From: Candidatus Micrarchaeota archaeon
GTDB lineage: Archaea; Micrarchaeota; Micrarchaeia; Micrarchaeales; Micrarchaeaceae
Length of the DNA: 64,000 bases
Assembly: GCA_021799635.1 (NCBI GenBank)
Contig: JAJZAB010000001.1
Location: 158,505-222,504, forward strand
Direction of reading: 5' to 3'
How positions within the stretch are numbered: position 1 is the first letter of the stretch; every line of letters starts with the position of its first letter. Both the position numbers and the translations under genes were made by a program. The notes under the pieces were generated by a model. That model saw only the letters and a program-made list of their open reading frames with translations, was not told where the DNA came from and made no database searches. Positions 30,701-40,025 of the stretch are shown here, piece by piece.

Positions 30701-31156
30701 TACTGATAGCGCCGCGCTGGTTCCTCCCGCCCCCCTTATAGGACCGGCGTACACCACGGATATGTAATTTGTATTGTCGGGATTCTTGTGTATTACAACG
30801 CCCTGAATGCCTTCTGTAGGTGCTACCAGTATTCCCTCTGTTAGTATTGAAAGCCCAACCCTTACTGCAAGCAGCAGCCTGTCTTCTACTGCCATAAAAA
30901 ACTTTTCATCAGTGCATATCTCCTTTACAATTTTAAATGAAGCTTCCTGTCTTGACATCCCAGTGGTTTTTGCAGATATAAGCTCTGCTAGACCCTTAAG
31001 CCCCACTATCCCCTCAACCCTGGATGGGAGGTCCGGAGCTGGGGTTATTTCCACCACAGTTTCTGGGTCGTAGCCGATCGCCCTTGCCTTTGCTGCTACT
31101 TTATAGGCCTCCTGTGCCCCTTTCTCCATCACGGCAAAATAATCGTTTATTTCCAT
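27716..31156 (-). CDS. polC: DNA polymerase D large subunit DP2
   Basis: AGPIRGAGGT, GGFRLRYGRSR, RRNCDGDED, C-terminal Zn finger. No intein. Confidence 0.97.
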   Translation of the reverse strand: MEINDYFAVMEKGAQEAYKVAAKARAIGYDPETVVEITPAPDLPSRVEGIVGLKGLAELISAKTTGMSRQEASFKIVKEICTDEKFFMAVEDRLLLAVRVGLSILTEGILVAPTEGIQGVVIHKNPDNTNYISVVYAGPIRGAGGTSAALSVTLADYGRKILGIGEYKPQRTEVERYLEEIQIYHARVARLQYLPSESDMRLILENCPVCIDGLPTEELEVSVHRNVKRLDADSKEQVITNRIRGGIGLVVCEGIAQKAKSVLKYSKAAGLDWGWLNSIIKVDKGVSYSKMRENTSDVAFLQELVGGRPILSYPDYPGGFRLRYGRSRYTGIAAKGFSPATMIILEEFIAVGTQIKIDKPGKGSIAMPVDTIEGPFVKLNSGELRRINSAEEAHQVINNVEKILSVGDILITIGDFKKTNTPLIPSSYVEELWYSDLEKNGYKGEMPCIRSFREAFQLSIDYKVPMHPAYTYEYQDISTRELAEIAAALIDSDIRREGNSIFSIKDVTIKGENSKKVRSAIERLCIPCFDTGDITIMADHAQSLFFSLGLFSGDEIKLNTADIGKYTGEDIISVLNSLSPFKVMKRSYRIGARVGRPEKARERLMRPAPNGMFPVGDYGGKERNIVKAYYADKKRLGPPKIELEMARYICSKGGEAVSAVYCREHKCRARQERICVSCGRKSSAKTCVHCGRRTSGSEVKNIDMQKEMESALSNLGVQSIPKIIKGVKGMMNRDKVAEPLEKAILRSINGVYVFKDGTCRFDATDAPITHFYPSEISTSVETLKQLGYTVDYTGRLIESPEQLVELKHQDVIINTRCADYLLKVAKFIDDLLIRYYKIEPFYNSRNVEDLVGKYVVTLSPHTSAGVLNRIIGFTDANVGLAHPYTIQARRRNCDGDEDTMMLLLDALINFSKDYLPSIIGGTMDAPLILTERILPEEIDDEVWNMEVTDKIKADFYEKAAQRRPPSEVVVESVGDRRNTEAIYKNLLFTHNSSSKSMQESPKKSIYTKLKTMDEKIELQFRLMDKLYTIDKQDTARRLISSHFIPDLMGNLHSFSKQSFRCVSCNAKYRRVPIIGKCTKCSGKIVLTISKGGIEKYLNMAINLAERYDLEPYMKQRIYLIKFEIENVFGGLNSSNAARQFNLSKFM

Positions 31157-31157
31157 A

Positions 31158-32666
31158 TCAATCATTATCGAAGTTAAGCATGGTGACGTTGCGTGTCTTG
31201 GTTTCATATACTGGAAGGATGCACGGAGTTGGTATGTGCCCTGTCCTAACCTGAAAGTTGGTCCTGGCCTGCCAAGTGCCGCTGTTAACTACGGTAACCC
31301 CGTGGTATTCGGATAATCCATTCTTGTGTATGTGACCCATATGCAGTATGTCGGGCACCTCTTCTATAACCATCTGGTCATTCCTACTCGGCACCACTAC
31401 ATTTCCACCATATATTGGAGAAAGATGCCTCCTCTTCAGGATCTCAATCATGGCCTTTTCCGGCCTGGCGTAGCTCATGTCCGGTATGGCACTTATCATA
31501 GAGTCCAATGAAGTCCCGTGGTACGATAGTACATCTATGCCGTGCAGCTTAAGCTTGCATGGATTCGAAACAAAATGGACATTATCCATTTTAAAGTCAT
31601 TTATTAGGTCTTTTCCCAGCTCTGGCTGCGGCTCTGCTCTCTGGACGGCGTCGTGGTTGCCAGGCATTATAAAAACTTCTATATAATCCGGTATTGACCC
31701 AATGAAATTCATTAGCATCTTGTATTGTAGATATACATCTGGTACGGCTAGGTCATATTCTTGATCTGGGTATATCCCTACGCCATCGGCTACGTCGCCG
31801 GCCATCACTAAGTATTTTATCTTACCCGCCAAAGCTGCGGACTTTGTTGTCATTTCTCCATTGAGCCATCTGATCATGTTTGAAAAGTTCTTGCTCATGA
31901 ACTGTTTGCTGCCTACGTGAATATCAGATATAAAAGCTATTGCAATATCTTCATCTATTACCTTCTTTTCCTTTATTGGTATGTCGGGCCATATTATCTC
32001 ATTAGCTATGATGAATTGGTTTGATATTTTACCTTTTATTGCAATTACTTCATCGTTAATTATCCTGCTTGCACTCTCAAAAAGCGCCTTCGATTCTGCG
32101 GAGTTGCCGTTTATGAATATAATCTTAAAATCTGCGGTTTGGTCTTCCACTACTACCATTAGGTTCTTGTTTTTAGTGATGATTTTGTTTGATACAATTC
32201 CGGCAATGACAACTTCTCTGCCGTTCGTGTATTTTTTAATTGCTTCTATATTTGGTGCGAGGTTCGCTGCGATCCTCCTGTTTTCTATTATCTTTTTTAT
32301 TCTTTCTATTCTGTTGCGAAAATAGTTTATGAAATCGTTAACTGTACCCTCTGCACTTTCATGCTCAACTTTATATATTTCATAGTCTGACTCTACGTTT
32401 GAAGCCATCGTGTTGGGGTTTGTGCCCCTTGCTAGTTCTATCGGTTTCGGCATTTTTTCTATCTTAATCTGTTCTAATATTGAAGATATTTCTGCCCTGT
32501 CCGCTATGCTTATGCTATTGTCATTTTTATGAATCTCGATCAGCCTAGATATTATTACGTTTATGTCTACGCCTTTCACGAGGTCTGCATCAACATCGGC
32601 AGCCAGTAGTATTCGCGCCTGGGAGAGAGTCCTGGAAAGACTTTGGAGAGAATCATTTTCAGACAT
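31158..32666 (-). CDS. DNA polymerase D small subunit DP1 (proofreading)
   Basis: OB fold, SDIHVGS, GDVADG, PGNHD, YHG, GHIH, NSGTWQ. Confidence 0.96.
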   Translation of the reverse strand: MSENDSLQSLSRTLSQARILLAADVDADLVKGVDINVIISRLIEIHKNDNSISIADRAEISSILEQIKIEKMPKPIELARGTNPNTMASNVESDYEIYKVEHESAEGTVNDFINYFRNRIERIKKIIENRRIAANLAPNIEAIKKYTNGREVVIAGIVSNKIITKNKNLMVVVEDQTADFKIIFINGNSAESKALFESASRIINDEVIAIKGKISNQFIIANEIIWPDIPIKEKKVIDEDIAIAFISDIHVGSKQFMSKNFSNMIRWLNGEMTTKSAALAGKIKYLVMAGDVADGVGIYPDQEYDLAVPDVYLQYKMLMNFIGSIPDYIEVFIMPGNHDAVQRAEPQPELGKDLINDFKMDNVHFVSNPCKLKLHGIDVLSYHGTSLDSMISAIPDMSYARPEKAMIEILKRRHLSPIYGGNVVVPSRNDQMVIEEVPDILHMGHIHKNGLSEYHGVTVVNSGTWQARTNFQVRTGHIPTPCILPVYETKTRNVTMLNFDND

Positions 32667-32673
32667 ATACACA

Positions 32674-32940
32674 TTATTCTTTTATAGATTCAAGCATGCT
32701 GAGTATGTTCCACAATATTGTCCTGGCTTGAGGGGGAAGGTTTATATCGTTGCTTACCCCGTCGATATTGTATATTGCTGAGGATATTCTGACAACGTAT
32801 TCCCCCCTTGCATTAAGTTTAGATTTGGCATCATTCACTGCATTCCTGACGTTTTTTGGCACGGTTGTATCGTTTATGAGCATATCCATCTTTGTTGTTA
32901 TCTGAGATATAATGTCATCTAGTCTTTTTTCATCTTCCAT
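32674..32940 (-). CDS. UPF0147 family protein
   Basis: DTTVPKNVR...SNDINLPPQARTILWNILSMLE. Confidence 0.9.
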   Translation of the reverse strand: MEDEKRLDDIISQITTKMDMLINDTTVPKNVRNAVNDAKSKLNARGEYVVRISSAIYNIDGVSNDINLPPQARTILWNILSMLESIKE

Positions 32941-33026
32941 ATTAGCACCTTTATAATTAGTAGATGAATTAAGTCGATAAAACTATTTATATGTATCTGT
33001 GCGTTTGGACTGTCTCAACCCAGCAA

Positions 33027-33968
33027 TTACACAGTTATGTGGAACGTTGCCCTTACGTATGAGCCTAGTAATATAGTGATGGCTGCAACGCTCAGTGATA
33101 TGAGCAACGTCTTTGAAACCGCCCTTGCGATGCTTTTGTCGCTAGCAATTGCTATCATTGAAGAAGTAAAAGTCAGTACAATGGCGGTGAACACTATTGA
33201 CATAACAATGCCCATATATCCTGAATAACCTATGGCAAATGGGGCTAGTGGGAAAAGCGATCCGATAAAATAAAAAATACCGACATAGAACCCTGATTCC
33301 AGTGCGGATTTTGGGTTTGATTTCTGCATAATTTTTGATTTTATGGATTTTTCATAGTCTGTAGACAGATATGCACCTGCCGCCATTGATAGCGTACCGG
33401 ATATCGCAACTATAAAACCTGCAATGAATATCAGAAGGGGCGTCCTCAGGGCTGCGGCAAACCCTACCGCTACGGCCAGCAGCTCCACAAGACCGTCATT
33501 CATCCCGAACATTATGTCCTTTACATTTTTAAGAAAGGTTCCGTAATTGGCTACGTTATTTTCAAGCCTTGACTCCTCCGTCTCTTCGCTTTTCCTTATC
33601 TCATTTATTATGCGTTCCTCCTTTTTAGTAAGCACTATTGATTTTGATACTTTTATGAATTGCTGGTAGCTGTCTGATTCTACGTGCTCTATTATTTTTA
33701 TTGTAATCGCCAGCCCAAGTACGCGCTTCGACAATAGTATTAGGAATTTGCTAAATCTGGAGTGGCCTTTTGGAGCCCTTGTGTGGTTTAACAATAGCAT
33801 TTCTCCCCATAGGTCTGCATGTTTCTTTTCCAGCCGAGAAAGCCTCTCCATTATGGCTTTTATATCCTTATTCCTCTCTGAACCTGACAGGCTCTCATAA
33901 ACTGATTGATGAAGCCTCTCTATTTTGTATAGCCCAATCAGGCATCTTTGCTTTACACTTATTGACAT
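33027..33968 (-). CDS. VIT1/CCC1 iron/manganese transporter with N-terminal ferritin-like domain
   Basis: ExxH (EKKH) in the N-terminal domain, FGMNDGLVE, SMAAGAYLS. Confidence 0.88.
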   Translation of the reverse strand: MSISVKQRCLIGLYKIERLHQSVYESLSGSERNKDIKAIMERLSRLEKKHADLWGEMLLLNHTRAPKGHSRFSKFLILLSKRVLGLAITIKIIEHVESDSYQQFIKVSKSIVLTKKEERIINEIRKSEETEESRLENNVANYGTFLKNVKDIMFGMNDGLVELLAVAVGFAAALRTPLLIFIAGFIVAISGTLSMAAGAYLSTDYEKSIKSKIMQKSNPKSALESGFYVGIFYFIGSLFPLAPFAIGYSGYMGIVMSIVFTAIVLTFTSSMIAIASDKSIARAVSKTLLISLSVAAITILLGSYVRATFHITV

Positions 33969-34030
33969 ACGTATCCTTATTCTCCGGTTGTTTTTATACC
34001 TATTGCGCTGAGATAATTTAGGTGCGCTGG

Positions 34031-35761
34031 CTACTTTCCGAATTTTTTTAAAAGGTCCTTTACGCCCATCGCATTTACTACGCTCTCCTTTTTAAGCCAC
34101 CCGCGCCTGGCCGTTCCGACTCCGTATCTTATAAATCTAAAGTTTGACGTGCTGTGGGAATCCGTATCTATTGAGAACATCACGTTAAATTTTGAAGCCA
34201 GCAGTATGTTGGTATCGTTCAGGTCCAGCCTATCTGGCCATGAGTTAATTTCAAGGGCAACGTTATTCCTCTCCGCTGCATCTGCAATTTTTTCAATGTT
34301 TATCCTGTATCCCTGCCTTTCTTTTATCAGCCTGCCGGTGGGGTGCGCGAGCACGTTGACTAAACCAGACTCCATTGCCTTTATCACCCTTGCGGTCATT
34401 TCCTCCTCATTCATGTTGAAGAAGGAGTGCACAGCGCAAACCGCGCAGTCCATTTCCTTAAGCGTTTTATTGCTAAGGTCCAGTTCTCCGTTTTTGAGTA
34501 TGTCGACCTCTGCACCTTTTAGCACAGTAATTTTGCCGCTCACCTTTTCATTTATCCTGTCGATTTTTTCGAAGAATTTGATGAACTGCTTGTCATCCAT
34601 GCCCCTAGCTATCTTTAGACTTTTTGTATGATTTGTTACGGCCAGGTACTCGAATCCTGACTCTATCGCAGCGCCGACCATCTCCTCTAGCGAGTTGCTG
34701 CCATCCGTTTCCTTTGTGTGGGAGTGCAGGTCCCCCTTTATGTCGCCAAGTTCGACCAGCCTTGGTATTCTGTGCTCAAGCGATAGCTTCACTTCACCCC
34801 TGGCCTCCCTCATTTCCGGAGGCATCCACTGCATACCTAGTTCCTCATATATGCTTTCTTCCCTTTCGCTTGTTATAATATTCCCATTATTATCAAATAG
34901 TCCATATTCGTTTAGCTTGTAGCCATTTTTTACAGCTATCGTCCTAACTTGTATGTTGTGGTCCCTGCTCCCGGTAAAGTACTGCACTCCGGCGCCGAAG
35001 CTTTTTGGCTCCAGTACCCTGAAATCGCAGTTGAGCCCTATCTTGAGCCGCACTGTGGTTTTTGTTGGGCCTTTTAATATTACATCACTTACATTATCCA
35101 TACCGGCAAAAAACTCCATAGCCTTGTCAGGGGTCTTTGATATTGCCAGTATATCCAGATCCCCAACGGTCTCCCTCATTCTCCTGGATGATCCAGCAAC
35201 TATGGCATTTTCCACCAGACCGCTTGCCGTAAGCTTTTTTATTATAGATTCCGCCTCTGGCAGCGCTTCGCCAAGGAGCATCCTGCCCTTTTCCGCCTCG
35301 TACATCGCAAGTCCTTTTTCTATCGACTCTTCGCTCTTCTCGCCAAATCCGGGCAATTCCTTTACCTTATGCAACTTGAGTGCATCCTTTAGGGTCTTTA
35401 TGTCCTTTACTTTCAGGTTCCTGTACAAAAGGATTGCCTTCTTGGCCCCTATGCCTTGTATGCTGGTGAGCTCCTTCATATTGACTGGATATTTCTTCTT
35501 AAGGTCGGAGTACTTTTTCATCTTTCCGGTCTTTATAAATTCTTCTATGTTCCCGGCTATTCCCTTTCCTATGCCGGGTATCTCCATCAGTGCCTTCGCC
35601 CCGCCGTTCTGATACACCTCCTCAATTGGCTCCTGCATAGTCGCTATGTTCAACGATGCTTTTTTGTAGGCCCTTATTTCAAACCTAGTAGTGGGCTTCT
35701 CCTCAAGGCTAAGCATATCTGCTATTTCGTCAAGCATCTCAGCAATCAGCTTGTTATCCAT
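34031..35761 (-). CDS. polX: DNA polymerase X with PHP domain
   Basis: HhH motifs, GSSRR...GDLDIL, YFTGS, DLHSHT, HPTGR, DTDSH. Confidence 0.96.
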   Translation of the reverse strand: MDNKLIAEMLDEIADMLSLEEKPTTRFEIRAYKKASLNIATMQEPIEEVYQNGGAKALMEIPGIGKGIAGNIEEFIKTGKMKKYSDLKKKYPVNMKELTSIQGIGAKKAILLYRNLKVKDIKTLKDALKLHKVKELPGFGEKSEESIEKGLAMYEAEKGRMLLGEALPEAESIIKKLTASGLVENAIVAGSSRRMRETVGDLDILAISKTPDKAMEFFAGMDNVSDVILKGPTKTTVRLKIGLNCDFRVLEPKSFGAGVQYFTGSRDHNIQVRTIAVKNGYKLNEYGLFDNNGNIITSEREESIYEELGMQWMPPEMREARGEVKLSLEHRIPRLVELGDIKGDLHSHTKETDGSNSLEEMVGAAIESGFEYLAVTNHTKSLKIARGMDDKQFIKFFEKIDRINEKVSGKITVLKGAEVDILKNGELDLSNKTLKEMDCAVCAVHSFFNMNEEEMTARVIKAMESGLVNVLAHPTGRLIKERQGYRINIEKIADAAERNNVALEINSWPDRLDLNDTNILLASKFNVMFSIDTDSHSTSNFRFIRYGVGTARRGWLKKESVVNAMGVKDLLKKFGK

Positions 35762-35828
35762 AAGTTACCAAAACACTTTGAAAACTAGTTATTTTATCCT
35801 TTCCTTTGCATATTTTATATGAGAATAC

Positions 35829-36422
35829 ATGGCCGACAAGGATGACAGGTTTGGAGGCAGCAAAAATACTGAGAAGCTGAACAAAATATACCTCACCATA
35901 ATATCCAGGTACAAGGACTACATAGAAGAAAAAGAGAACATTTCAGTTGCAGAGCTTCCCACATTAGTAACTCCAAAGAACGCTCTGGTAGAGAACACGG
36001 TTATGCAGATAAAATCCGGATTTGGCCCATACATATATGAGATTAACTTTTATGAAGCTGCAAAAAAGGCATTTGATTTGGTTAGAGATTCCGTAGAGGA
36101 CGTATCGCTTCCTCTGCAGTTCTGGCTCAACCCGGAAGAAACCTTGTCATTCATGATGGGGGACAAGTTTGACAAAAATATACTGTTGTGCAGCCTGATG
36201 ATATGCCTTGGCAACCCTTCTTCAAAAGTCTTTGTTAAGATAAAAGGTGATTCCAGGAACATATTTGTTTACTGCGAATTCAATGGCATTATACATAAAT
36301 TTGATATTGATGATGGTATTAAATCTTTTGAAAGCAGGGAGGCCCTGATAGACAGTGTAAAGATTGATGACGAGACGGCCGCATACGAATTTAATGACAG
36401 GACGTTTTCGGATATTGCATAA
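35829..36422 (+). CDS. Transglutaminase-like fold protein, probably catalytically inactive
   Basis: FWLNPEETLSFMMGDKFDKNILLCSL matches the W..P.ET...GDCxD..IL..SL pattern, with Lys in place of the catalytic Cys. Confidence 0.55.
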   Translation: MADKDDRFGGSKNTEKLNKIYLTIISRYKDYIEEKENISVAELPTLVTPKNALVENTVMQIKSGFGPYIYEINFYEAAKKAFDLVRDSVEDVSLPLQFWLNPEETLSFMMGDKFDKNILLCSLMICLGNPSSKVFVKIKGDSRNIFVYCEFNGIIHKFDIDDGIKSFESREALIDSVKIDDETAAYEFNDRTFSDIA

Positions 36423-36423
36423 T

Positions 36424-36543
36424 CTAACGCCTGCTTCGCTTGTACGTCTCCCTGTGTATCCTCTTTAGTCTTCTGGCCTTTTGCTTTTTCCTGTAGCTCT
36501 TGCCTATTTTCCTATTGGATTTAGATATTTTTTTTTGCGACAT
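36424..36543 (-). CDS. 39-aa Lys/Arg-rich peptide, eL41/eS32-like ribosomal protein candidate (absent from the ORF track)
   Basis: MSQKKISKSNRKIGKSYRKKQKARRLKRIHRETYKRSRR*. Starts 10 nt after the dys stop and fills the intergenic gap. Confidence 0.65.
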   Translation of the reverse strand: MSQKKISKSNRKIGKSYRKKQKARRLKRIHRETYKRSRR

Positions 36544-36553
36544 TGTAACACAT

Positions 36554-37501
36554 TTAAACCAAATTTAGAGCAGAGAATATTATGGGTAGTATTATGGTTG
36601 CGTCACCATCAATGGTAGTATATTTGGCCGCCTCCTTTATCTTTCCCCACGATACGGCTTCTGTCAGCCTTGCTCCTGAAAGGCTCCCATCAAACTGCGT
36701 GGCGGTTGTTATGTATACCGCGTAATCTAGCCCCCCTTTGAATTGGTTCCACCATATTACGTGGTGTTTGCTTATCCCGCCTCCGACCATGACCGCTCCG
36801 GTAACTTTATTATCAAATGCTATGTCGCTCAATTTCAATTCATCTTTTATTAGGTTGAGCTTAAAATCGTGGTTTTGGGAGAAAATGGACAGCTGCGTGC
36901 CAAAGGCACCATCCAGTATCCCAGGATTAAATACCGGGACGTTGTTTAGGTATGCCTGCCTTATTATAGAACCGTTGTCTTTGATCCTCTTTCCAAACTC
37001 GAATGTTAGCTCGCTTGGGGTGTACTCTTTCTTGTAATCCTCAGATCGGTATATGTCGTCCATTATAGTCATGAATGAATCTTCGAGTTTCTTTCCATAC
37101 TCCTTGTTCTCTATAAAAATGTTCCCAAGCCTGTACACGCCTATCCTGTGCAGCTGGGAATCGTCTGCATTGAAGCTTCCCAGCGAATATTTGCCGCCGT
37201 GGGCCCTCGCTATGTCGTGGTCCAGCGTCCCGCCGGTAGTTATTATAGCATCGAAGTACTTGACTGCGCTTGCCAATACGCCACGCACTCCTGTAGAAAC
37301 TATGTCGGCCGGGAATGAGAGAAAATTGAACGACCGTTTGTCTTCAACCATTTTCTTTATTATATTTATACCGTCAACCATGTGCTGCGCTGAGAACCCG
37401 CCCACTGATCCCATGGCATCTATCAGCTCAGCTACTGCCATGCCCCTGCTGAGTTTGATATCCCTAACCGGCCTATTCAATATTGCCTTTTTTGAGTACA
37501 T
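36554..37501 (-). CDS. dys: Deoxyhypusine synthase
   Basis: TTGGTLDHD, RLGNIFI, GGGISKHH, DGSLSGARLTEAVSWGKI. Confidence 0.96.
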   Translation of the reverse strand: MYSKKAILNRPVRDIKLSRGMAVAELIDAMGSVGGFSAQHMVDGINIIKKMVEDKRSFNFLSFPADIVSTGVRGVLASAVKYFDAIITTGGTLDHDIARAHGGKYSLGSFNADDSQLHRIGVYRLGNIFIENKEYGKKLEDSFMTIMDDIYRSEDYKKEYTPSELTFEFGKRIKDNGSIIRQAYLNNVPVFNPGILDGAFGTQLSIFSQNHDFKLNLIKDELKLSDIAFDNKVTGAVMVGGGISKHHVIWWNQFKGGLDYAVYITTATQFDGSLSGARLTEAVSWGKIKEAAKYTTIDGDATIILPIIFSALNLV

Positions 37502-37569
37502 TAAATCAGCTCAGTAAACTAACTATTACTTTCAATTAAAATAATTAAATAATGTATGTATTTTGGCTG

Positions 37570-38394
37570 TCAACCTGATAGTGAATCCCTTGCTCTCCTC
37601 ATATATCCTGAAGCTTTACTCATGTCCAGCCCATTGTTGCCCCTTAGCTTGTCCTGGGCGTCTATGCTAAATAAGTTCGACCCTGTGATGCCTCTCAGTC
37701 TGCCAACCACGCTAGAGACGTTGGTATCTGAAATGCCACCGGCAAAAACAATGCCTCCGCTGGTAAGTAATCTAATTGTATTTGCAATCTGGGCAGACTC
37801 GAAAGGGTCAAATGCAGCCCCAGAGCCCCTTGATGTGTCTATAAGAATATAGTCTACTGAACTGTATGCCTGCAGCTTGCTCGGCAGCGCGGCAAAATCT
37901 GATACTTGGAGTACTACCTCGGCCAAAGGATATCTGATTTTTATTTTCCTTACTTCTTCCGGATTCGGCCATTTGCAGTTGATCTGAAGGCCGATCTTAA
38001 AGTTATGGTTGGATGAAGCGTAATCCTTGTATATGTTATCTATTAGGTAGGACACCTGTTCTGAAAGCGGCATTTCAACAAGCGCCTTCACCTTATTTTG
38101 GATATTGGTATCGATCTGATTTAGGGGCTTTGTCATGTAATGAAATGAAAGCATTACGTCGTTGTTCCCGATCGACTTCACTTTCCTGTACAGTTCTGTA
38201 GCCGCCTCTTTGGTTATATTGCTTGTATTCTCGGTAACTTCCATTATTGTCCTGTATGAAGTCTGCGCCCCAAGCATTGCCATGTGCATTCCGCTGCCTC
38301 TCTCGGAGCTTATTCTTATCAACTCTTCTGCTTCGTCAGGCTTCTCTACCCCTGTTACCCCTATGTATGGCCTTTTTGATGCGTGCATTTGCAC
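37570..38394 (-). CDS. Stand-alone TrpF/PRAI-like TIM-barrel protein
   Basis: IGVTGV, ILIDTSRGSG, FAGGISDTNV, SIDAQDKLR. Confidence 0.6.
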   Translation of the reverse strand: MQMHASKRPYIGVTGVEKPDEAEELIRISSERGSGMHMAMLGAQTSYRTIMEVTENTSNITKEAATELYRKVKSIGNNDVMLSFHYMTKPLNQIDTNIQNKVKALVEMPLSEQVSYLIDNIYKDYASSNHNFKIGLQINCKWPNPEEVRKIKIRYPLAEVVLQVSDFAALPSKLQAYSSVDYILIDTSRGSGAAFDPFESAQIANTIRLLTSGGIVFAGGISDTNVSSVVGRLRGITGSNLFSIDAQDKLRGNNGLDMSKASGYMRRARDSLSG

Positions 38395-38497
38395 TATATC
38401 TGATTATCCAATTTATAATGTTTTTGATTGGATTACAATAGGTTTTTATCCTTTTGTAGAGTATTATCTTAAATTGGTTTAGCGACCAGGTAATTTG

Positions 38498-39583
38498 ATG
38501 GATTCCCTTAGTCCTGATGACGAGGAGATATTACGGTTTATTGAGAGTTCCAAACCGAAAATATATGTTGTTGGCACAGGAGGCAGCGGCAGCAATACGA
38601 TAACAAGGTTGTCGAGCATAGGAGTCCAGGGCGCAACCCTTATAGCTATGAATACTGACGCACCGCACCTGGTAAAGACGAAGGCTGAGAGGAAGCTGCT
38701 GCTTGGTAAGAAGATAACAAAAGGCATGGGAGCTGGAAGTGACATAAAGGTTGGGGAGGAGGCTGCAATTGAGAGCAAGGAGGAGATACGCCACGTGCTT
38801 TCAGATGCGCAGCTTGTATTTGTTACGTGTGGACTTGGTGGAGGCACTGGAACGGGCTCCATTTCTACCATAGCACACCAGGCCCGCGAAGCTGGGGCGC
38901 TGACGGTGGCAATAGTAACCCTTCCATTCTCGAGCGAGGGGCGCACCAGGATGAGAAATGCGCTGGAGGGGCTGTCAAAACTTAAAAAAGTGACAGATAC
39001 AGTGATTATAATACACAACAACAAGCTACTTTCGGTAGCTCCGGACCTGCCTCTCAACATGGCATTCAGGGTATCTGACGAGGTACTTGCAGGAGCCACA
39101 AAAGGCATAGTTGAAATGGTGACGAAGCCTGGAATGGTAAACATAGATTTTGCTGACCTGAGGAGCGTTTTGAAAGAATCCGGCTACGCAGTTATAGGCA
39201 CCGGCGAAGGCATGCCTTCGAATGACGGAATTGGCAGGTCTACCATTGCCCTGGAAAACGCGATAAAGAGCCCCCTACTGGATGCAGACCTTTCCAGCGC
39301 AGGAAGGGCCCTTGTCAACATAGTTGGCGGGGAGAGCTTGACATTAAGAGAAGCGGAAAACATTTTTCAGGATGTAGCGAGCAGGATAAAGGGCGACGCT
39401 ATGCTGAAGTGGGGTGCAAGGATAGACCAGGATATGCAGAGGGATGCCATAAAAGTAATGCTTGTGATAAGCGGTGTCGATTTTCCCGAGTATACGGAAG
39501 AGGGCTTGTCAAAGAAAATACGGGAGAATGAGGACCTGGACCTTGATGAATTGTTTGAGGGCAGCGATGCAAAGAAGCGCTAA
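38498..39583 (+). CDS. ftsZ: Cell division GTPase FtsZ
   Basis: GTGGSGSN, NTDA, GLGGGTGTG, PFSSEG, NIDFADL. Confidence 0.97.
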   Translation: MDSLSPDDEEILRFIESSKPKIYVVGTGGSGSNTITRLSSIGVQGATLIAMNTDAPHLVKTKAERKLLLGKKITKGMGAGSDIKVGEEAAIESKEEIRHVLSDAQLVFVTCGLGGGTGTGSISTIAHQAREAGALTVAIVTLPFSSEGRTRMRNALEGLSKLKKVTDTVIIIHNNKLLSVAPDLPLNMAFRVSDEVLAGATKGIVEMVTKPGMVNIDFADLRSVLKESGYAVIGTGEGMPSNDGIGRSTIALENAIKSPLLDADLSSAGRALVNIVGGESLTLREAENIFQDVASRIKGDAMLKWGARIDQDMQRDAIKVMLVISGVDFPEYTEEGLSKKIRENEDLDLDELFEGSDAKKR

Positions 39584-39762
39584 TTCTTCTCCATTTTTTT
39601 GGTGGTAGTGCCCCTTAGCTCTTTCTTGTTTATCTTCCTTTTAAGTATTATCCCGTTTTTGTAGCACCTGCTCGAGCAGAAATAGCTTAGATTCCCGGTT
39701 TTATGCACGTACATTATGCCTGAGCCGCTCCTTAACTCTGTTGAGCAGTATGAACACTTCAT
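39580..39762 (-). CDS. rpl24e: 50S ribosomal protein eL24
   Basis: CSYC...GSGIMYV...FCSSRC. Confidence 0.92.
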   Translation of the reverse strand: MKCSYCSTELRSGSGIMYVHKTGNLSYFCSSRCYKNGIILKRKINKKELRGTTTKKMEKN

Positions 39763-39770
39763 CCAAACAC

Positions 39771-40010
39771 TTATTTTACCCTTATTTCCTTAGCTTCCCT
39801 GCTGGTGTCTGGCAGCCTTACAATATCCCCTATCCTTGAAGGACCCAGCATGTTCCTCCTTATTATCCTGCCCTTGTCCTTCCCTTCGAGAATCCTGCAG
39901 CTAACTGAATATATCTCTCCGTATATTCCAGTCTTTGCCTTTGTGTTTATTTCAACTATTTCGGCAAGGTAGCCTGAAAACTGCCTTTGCTGCTTTTGGA
40001 TTTCATCCAT
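39771..40010 (-). CDS. rps28e: 30S ribosomal protein eS28
   Basis: TGIYGE...CRILEGKDKGRIIRRNMLGP...GD...REA. Confidence 0.93.
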   Translation of the reverse strand: MDEIQKQQRQFSGYLAEIVEINTKAKTGIYGEIYSVSCRILEGKDKGRIIRRNMLGPSRIGDIVRLPDTSREAKEIRVK

Positions 40011-40025
40011 AAAAATCAACGTGTG

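Noticed and set aside
27716..31156. Possible inteins in DP2, PolB, RNR or Lhr
   Set aside because: Lengths are normal, motifs are contiguous, and there are no intein-terminal or LAGLIDADG signatures.
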